Assembly: GCA_028534125.1 (NCBI GenBank)
Contig: CM052821.1
Location: 56,296,001 to 56,360,000, forward strand
From: Lama glama
Lineage: Eukaryota
Direction of reading: 5' to 3'
DNA length: 64,000 nucleotides
The position numbers were made by a program, and so were the translations under genes. Shown here piece by piece: positions 59,330-64,000 of this stretch. The notes below the pieces were generated by a model. That model was not told the origin of the DNA. It saw only the letters and a list, made by a program, of their open reading frames with translations, and searched no databases. Positions within the stretch are counted from its first letter, which is position 1. The number at the start of each line of letters is the position of its first letter.

Positions 59330-61990
59330 CCCGGGAGGAGAGGCGCCCTCCCAGGACACGTGGCCGGAAGAGGACACTGGGATCAAAGACTCCATCCATC
59401 TGGTTTAAGAAGCGGCCACTCCCCCAAGTGCTTCCGTCCCACCAGTGATGCACCAGCCCCCAGTTCCCCTCCTCCCCAGCGTGGGTAGGATGGGTCTTCA
59501 ACTTCAGCCGTTCTGACAGACGCGTGGTCCCGCCTCGCGTGGATTTACCTGCGTCTCCCTCGTGACCGGTGGTGCTGACCGTGTATCTGCGCCCTTACTT
59601 GTTGGCGCTTTGTCTTCTTTGGCGAATGGCCTGGATCTCCTGTCCATTGTTTACTGGGCCATTTTCTCATTCGGCTTTCAGAATTCTTGATAAATTCTGT
59701 GTGCAAGTCCTTTATTAAATTCATTCTGTGACTTGTCTGTGACTTGTCCTCTTACTCTATTAATAGTCTTTGAGACCAGGTTTTAACTTTGACGGAGTCT
59801 AATTTATCTATCTTTTGTTTTATGGGTTTCTTTTTTTTGGGGTAGCATATCTATGAGTTATTTCCCAAAACCAAGGTTACAAAGGTCTTTACCTACGCAA
59901 ACTTCCAGAAGTTTTAGAGATTAGATTTCACCTTTAGGACTATGACTGACTTTGAGTTAATTTTTGCCTATGGTGAGAGGTATGAGTACGTTTTTTTTCC
60001 CGATTGTTAGTTACAAGTGCATGCATTACCCAGCAGCGATGCTAAGCTCAGTTAGTATTCCTAGCAGCTTTTATGCAGGTTCCACTGGATTTTCTAAATA
60101 GGCTGTCACACTGCCTCTGAATAAAGATAGTGTCACTTCCTTCTTTCAAATCTAGACACCGCGCACTTACGGGGTATTCTTGCTTTATCCCATGTGCCAG
60201 TTAGAACCCCCAGTATGATGGTGGGTGGGGATGCTGAGAGCAGACACCCTGGTCTCGTCCTCGGGGGAGCCACGCAGTCCTTCTCCATTGAGCGCAGTGT
60301 TAATTCGTTGCAGACACCATTTATCAGACTGAGGAAATCCCTTCTCTTCATAGTTTCAGAACCTTTATCATGGGACTGTATTTGACTTCATCAAGGACTC
60401 CGTTTGTTTGGTTTTTGCATCTATTGAGATGATTGTATGTTTTTAATTTTTGGATTTTTAATATAATCAATTACCTTAAGGGATTTTCAGATGTTAAGAA
60501 AAAAAAAAGCCCATGTCCCTGAGGTGCACCCCACCTAGTAATGACACATGCTCTTGTTCCCATGTTGTTGAATTCCACCTGCTGAAATTTTGTTGAGCAG
60601 TTTTACCCTTAAATTCATAGGCGGTCTGTGTGGCCTGCAGTTGTCTGTCCTATGATGGCTGCGTGGGTTTTGTGTCTATTTCCGTATCATAGTCCTGCTG
60701 GCCTTACACAATGAGATTAGAAGTGCCCCCTTGTCTCCAGTTGTGAGGAAGAGCGTGCGTGGAATTGGCACCACTGCCTCCTCGAACGTCTGGAAGAATT
60801 CACCAGCGACAGCATCTGAGCCCGGGGCTTTCTCCACAGGAGAGGCATCAGGTTTTAAACCCTCCTCAGAGAGCAGATCTAGGTCTTGCTGGTTTCCTCT
60901 GCTGTTCGTCTGCTTCATCTCTCTTTGGTTTCTACTCTTCATTTATGATTTATTTTCTTCTACTTAACTTTGGTTTAACTTGCTCTTACTTTTGTCTCCT
61001 GGACGTCACTGACTGAGGCCTGTCTTTTTCCCTGACATACTCTGCTGCTGTAAGTCTCCCCCCAAAAGCCACCTCAGCAGGATCGCACAAGGTTGATCTG
61101 CTGTATTTTAATTTTCTATCAGTCAGAAGTATCTCCTATACATCCTTTTTCTTATTTTTTGGCTTGTTTATTTTTTAGAAATATGTTGTTTAGTTTTGAA
61201 TATTGGGAGCTTTCTAAAAGATTTTTCTTTTATTGACTTCTAATTTAACTCCATTGTATTCAGAAACGGCCTTTGTATGACTTAAACCCTTTTTCAAATA
61301 GTTATGAGTATTTTTAAACCATAATATAGTCTGCCTTGGTAAATGTTCCACGTGTACTTGAAAAGAAGGTAAATTTTACTGTTATGTGGAGTATTTCATA
61401 AATGCCAGTTTTTTCAAGTTTTTAGTTAGAATTTTACTCTTGTATATAATCATTTTCTACTTATTCTATCAATTATTGAGAGAATAGTTTTGAAATCTCA
61501 GGTTGTAATTCAAGATTTTAAAGTTATGTTTATCATAGCAGTTTTTGCTTTATATATTTTCAAGCTTATTATTAGGTGCATAGAAGTTTAGGGTTGCTAT
61601 ATAATTTTGGTGAATTTACCCCTTTATCTTTATGAAGGAACACAATAGTCTTTATCCTTGGTAAAATTTTTACTCTGAAACTTACTGTGTCCAACATTCA
61701 CACATTTATTCACATATTGGGGTTAGCAGGTAATAAAATTGTTTGCTATTTCCTTGTCAACCTATACGTCTTTTTTATTTAAAGTAAATGTTTTATAAAT
61801 GGCATATATCCGAGTCTTGCTTTTTAACTAACCTGACTATCTCTGCATCTTAGTTGGGTCATTTAAATAGTTTATGTTTAGTGTGAATAGCACTATTGTT
61901 TACAGCTGTCACCTTGCAAATTGCTGTCTATTTGTTCTATGTGCTTTGGGCTCCCTTTTTACTTTTTCTGACTTCTTTTGGAAGGACAAA
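59330..61990 (-). mobile_element. Ancient LINE-1 (L1M-type), decayed ORF2 with internal deletions
   Basis: ORF 60676..60942 'KAPGSDAVAGEFFQTFEEAVVPIPRTLF...ISLCKASRTMIRK' resembles L1 ORF2 '[28 protein letters not shown]...NSFYEASITLIPK'. ORF 60133..60351 'RTRPGCLLSASPPTIILGVL' resembles '[20 protein letters not shown]'. The plus strand is T-rich. Confidence 0.9.
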
Positions 61991-62689
61991 AATTTGATAT
62001 AAAATCAAATTCAGGGAATGGCCATTTCATCTTTTGACCAAAAATTATGTTTTCAACCGAAAGTGATCATAGCATCCTCTATTACCTAACTGTGAGCAGG
62101 AAAGTCTGGGTCCACCAGCCTTTCATGTATGGCTGGGGAACAACTAAACTGCTACAGGTTTATGAGGGAATACTGGGGAGAACAAACATACACAATAAAT
62201 ATCATTGTGTTCCATTGTATCATGGGTTAATCTTCACCCCATCATAGATAAGCATTGAATTGAATTAGCAGAAACAAGGAGCCATTAATCTGGATGTCAG
62301 CGTATTTTGAAATACTTCTCTAAAATATTCCTCTTCTTAAAATACTTTCCTCTTCGTCACTCTATACTATTTTTGCAATTTTTAGTCTGTGCATACAACT
62401 CAAGTATCCAGATTTATCCAACGTATGTTGCTGTGAAAACAAGACAAAAAGGAAGAAAATTGTAGCTCTCATATGGCTTGTTAACATAAAGATTTAATAT
62501 AAGGTGTGCATTGTTGAGGCATAGCACATGTCAAAATAGGTGATGTCACACAAATGTATGACTTACCAAATGAGTCAGGCAGGATGAGCATGTGAATGAA
62601 TCTAAGTAGACCGCCAGCATCCATCTAGGTGGGGCTGGGCTCCCATACACTGCACTGTCTGAGGCATCATTAATGATGTAGGGAAACCA

Positions 62690-62785
62690 GAGCACTGATG
62701 AGACTTGGAGCTGGATGGTGGGGACAGGGAGTCCAGGGGACGATTCTCTCCTCTGTGTGCCTGTTTGACATGTTCGTTAATAAGA
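62690..62785 (+). mobile_element. L1ME-like 3' terminal fragment
   Basis: Reverse strand 'tcaaacaggcacacagaggagagaat...ccaccatccagctccaa' resembles an antisense L1ME terminus. Confidence 0.45.
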
Positions 62786-62905
62786 CAGGGAGGGAGCAAA
62801 GGAGGAAAGAAAGGAAGGAGGGAGGAGCAGGGGCAGGGAGGGAAGGAGGAATAGGGAGAGGAGGGGAAAGAAAGAAAAGGAAAGAGAGTGAGACAAAGAG
62901 GGAAG
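62786..62905 (+). repeat. Polypurine (GA-rich) tract
   Basis: Directly visible. Confidence 0.85.
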
Positions 62906-63334
62906 CATTACAGTCCCTACCAGGCCTTTAACCTCCGGCTGCCCCGCCGGCATCCACACTCAGCCCCACTGCAGGACACACTGAGAACAGGAACCTCACA
63001 AGCGCTGGCCCACGTCTCTAATGACCAGAACAGACTCATTCTGTTTAAGTGTATTAAAATGTAAGCATCCTGTTCTCCCCTGCATCCCCTGCACCGAGTA
63101 CCCTGCCAGGAAGAGTTATGAACCCACCAGTTCTTCTGCTGTGGTCAACCAGGAACAGGCATCGCTAGACCAGGAAGAGCCCAGGAACCGCCGGACCCAC
63201 GGCTCCAGCTCCAGAGTGGACGCTGCTGCTCACAAGGCCCACAGTCCCCAGGAGGGGGGGGGAGGCGTGTATCGCTCCAGGGTGGTGGCCCCCAGAAGGA
63301 GCCGGGAGTCAGCGGTCTGCAACTTCAGCCCAGA

Positions 63335-63400
63335 GACGAGTTGACTGAGATCCAGAAAGACAAGGTGGCCTCTCCAAGGTCAGCTCGTGGGCTGGATGAA
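63335..63400 (-). mobile_element. MIR core remnant
   Basis: 'gactgagatccagaaagacaaggtggcctctccaaggtca' resembles the antisense MIR core. Confidence 0.45.
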
Positions 63401-64000
63401 GGATCAGCACCAACACAGCTGGACGGAAACCACTTTCATTCAGTTCGTCTCTCTGGGCACAGAGCACACACGGCTCTCCCGCTGTCCTGGCACTGGGCAC
63501 CCTTGGACAAGGGGGCAGGCAGCTGTACTTAGAACATGGTGTGGTCCAGCAGAGCTAAATTTAAAGGATGCCTTCAAAGCACTTTCCTGGTGGGAGAATA
63601 AACACAGACAGTGTGGGGACAGTTTTGCAGTGCCTCCAGCTGCCCCTGGGTCTGCAAATGGCCAGAGCTCCCACCAAGGCGACGAGTGTGAACTGACACC
63701 GAAGAGATGGTGAGGGTGTCCAGGGGCATCTTCTGGTGTAAGGGCCAGAAACTAGAAGTGGCTGGTGATGGCTAATCTCCTGTGTCCACTTCCCTGGACA
63801 GCAGGGAGCCCTGGGCTGAGACTCAGCAGGGCTCTGGGGTGGCGGCAGGCCTTGGGCTTCTGCTTTCTGGGCAGAGGAGCAGTTGTTCACAGACCCATGT
63901 CCTAAAATACTGTACACGAAAGAACTCGTTTAAATCAGACCCTACATTTGGTACCAGGGCTGCATCTATAACACATGATCTTATGGTGTGAACGAGGAAG

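Noticed and set aside
63406-63430. Further RE1 left half ATCAGCACC with a distant GGACGG
   Set aside because: The right half is too degenerate.
1-64000. Long ORFs in the track (e.g. 4630-5487, 8752-9540, 9928-10830, 22666-23592, 30102-30866)
   Set aside because: Pro/Gly/Arg/Ala-rich translations typical of stop-poor GC-rich DNA. They overlap on both strands, many rely on non-ATG starts, and none shows a recognisable domain.

Overview
This is GC-rich (roughly 60% by eye), CpG-rich mammalian genomic DNA with three assembly gaps. It reads like a large intron or gene desert in a subtelomeric-type isochore. I found no protein-coding exon, RNA gene, CRISPR array or prokaryotic feature. The ORF track is explained by GC-rich open frames, simple repeats, N-runs and decayed LINE-1 ORF2. 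Recognisable content is ancient eutherian repeats (L1M-type LINE-1, L2, MIR, MLT1/MLT2 LTRs, MER58) and two ERV1-type solo LTRs that resemble cetartiodactyl families as I recall them. There are also several micro- and minisatellites and a series of AT-rich, homeobox/forkhead-motif-dense islands that look like conserved non-coding enhancers. I saw no lineage-specific SINE (Alu, B1/B2, SINEC, PRE-1, Bov-A, CHR-2); a camelid-like artiodactyl is a weak guess. I cannot demonstrate a new biological system. The best leads are: (i) four REST/NRSF RE1-like sites, one near-perfect and one split by a non-canonical spacer, interleaved with candidate developmental enhancers; (ii) a dense nuclear-receptor half-site array next to a MER41-like LTR that keeps a GAS palindrome; (iii) old L1 copies that appear rewritten into CpG-island-like DNA, with a GC gradient inside a single element. 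Repeat family names come from memory of consensus sequences and need RepeatMasker/Dfam confirmation.
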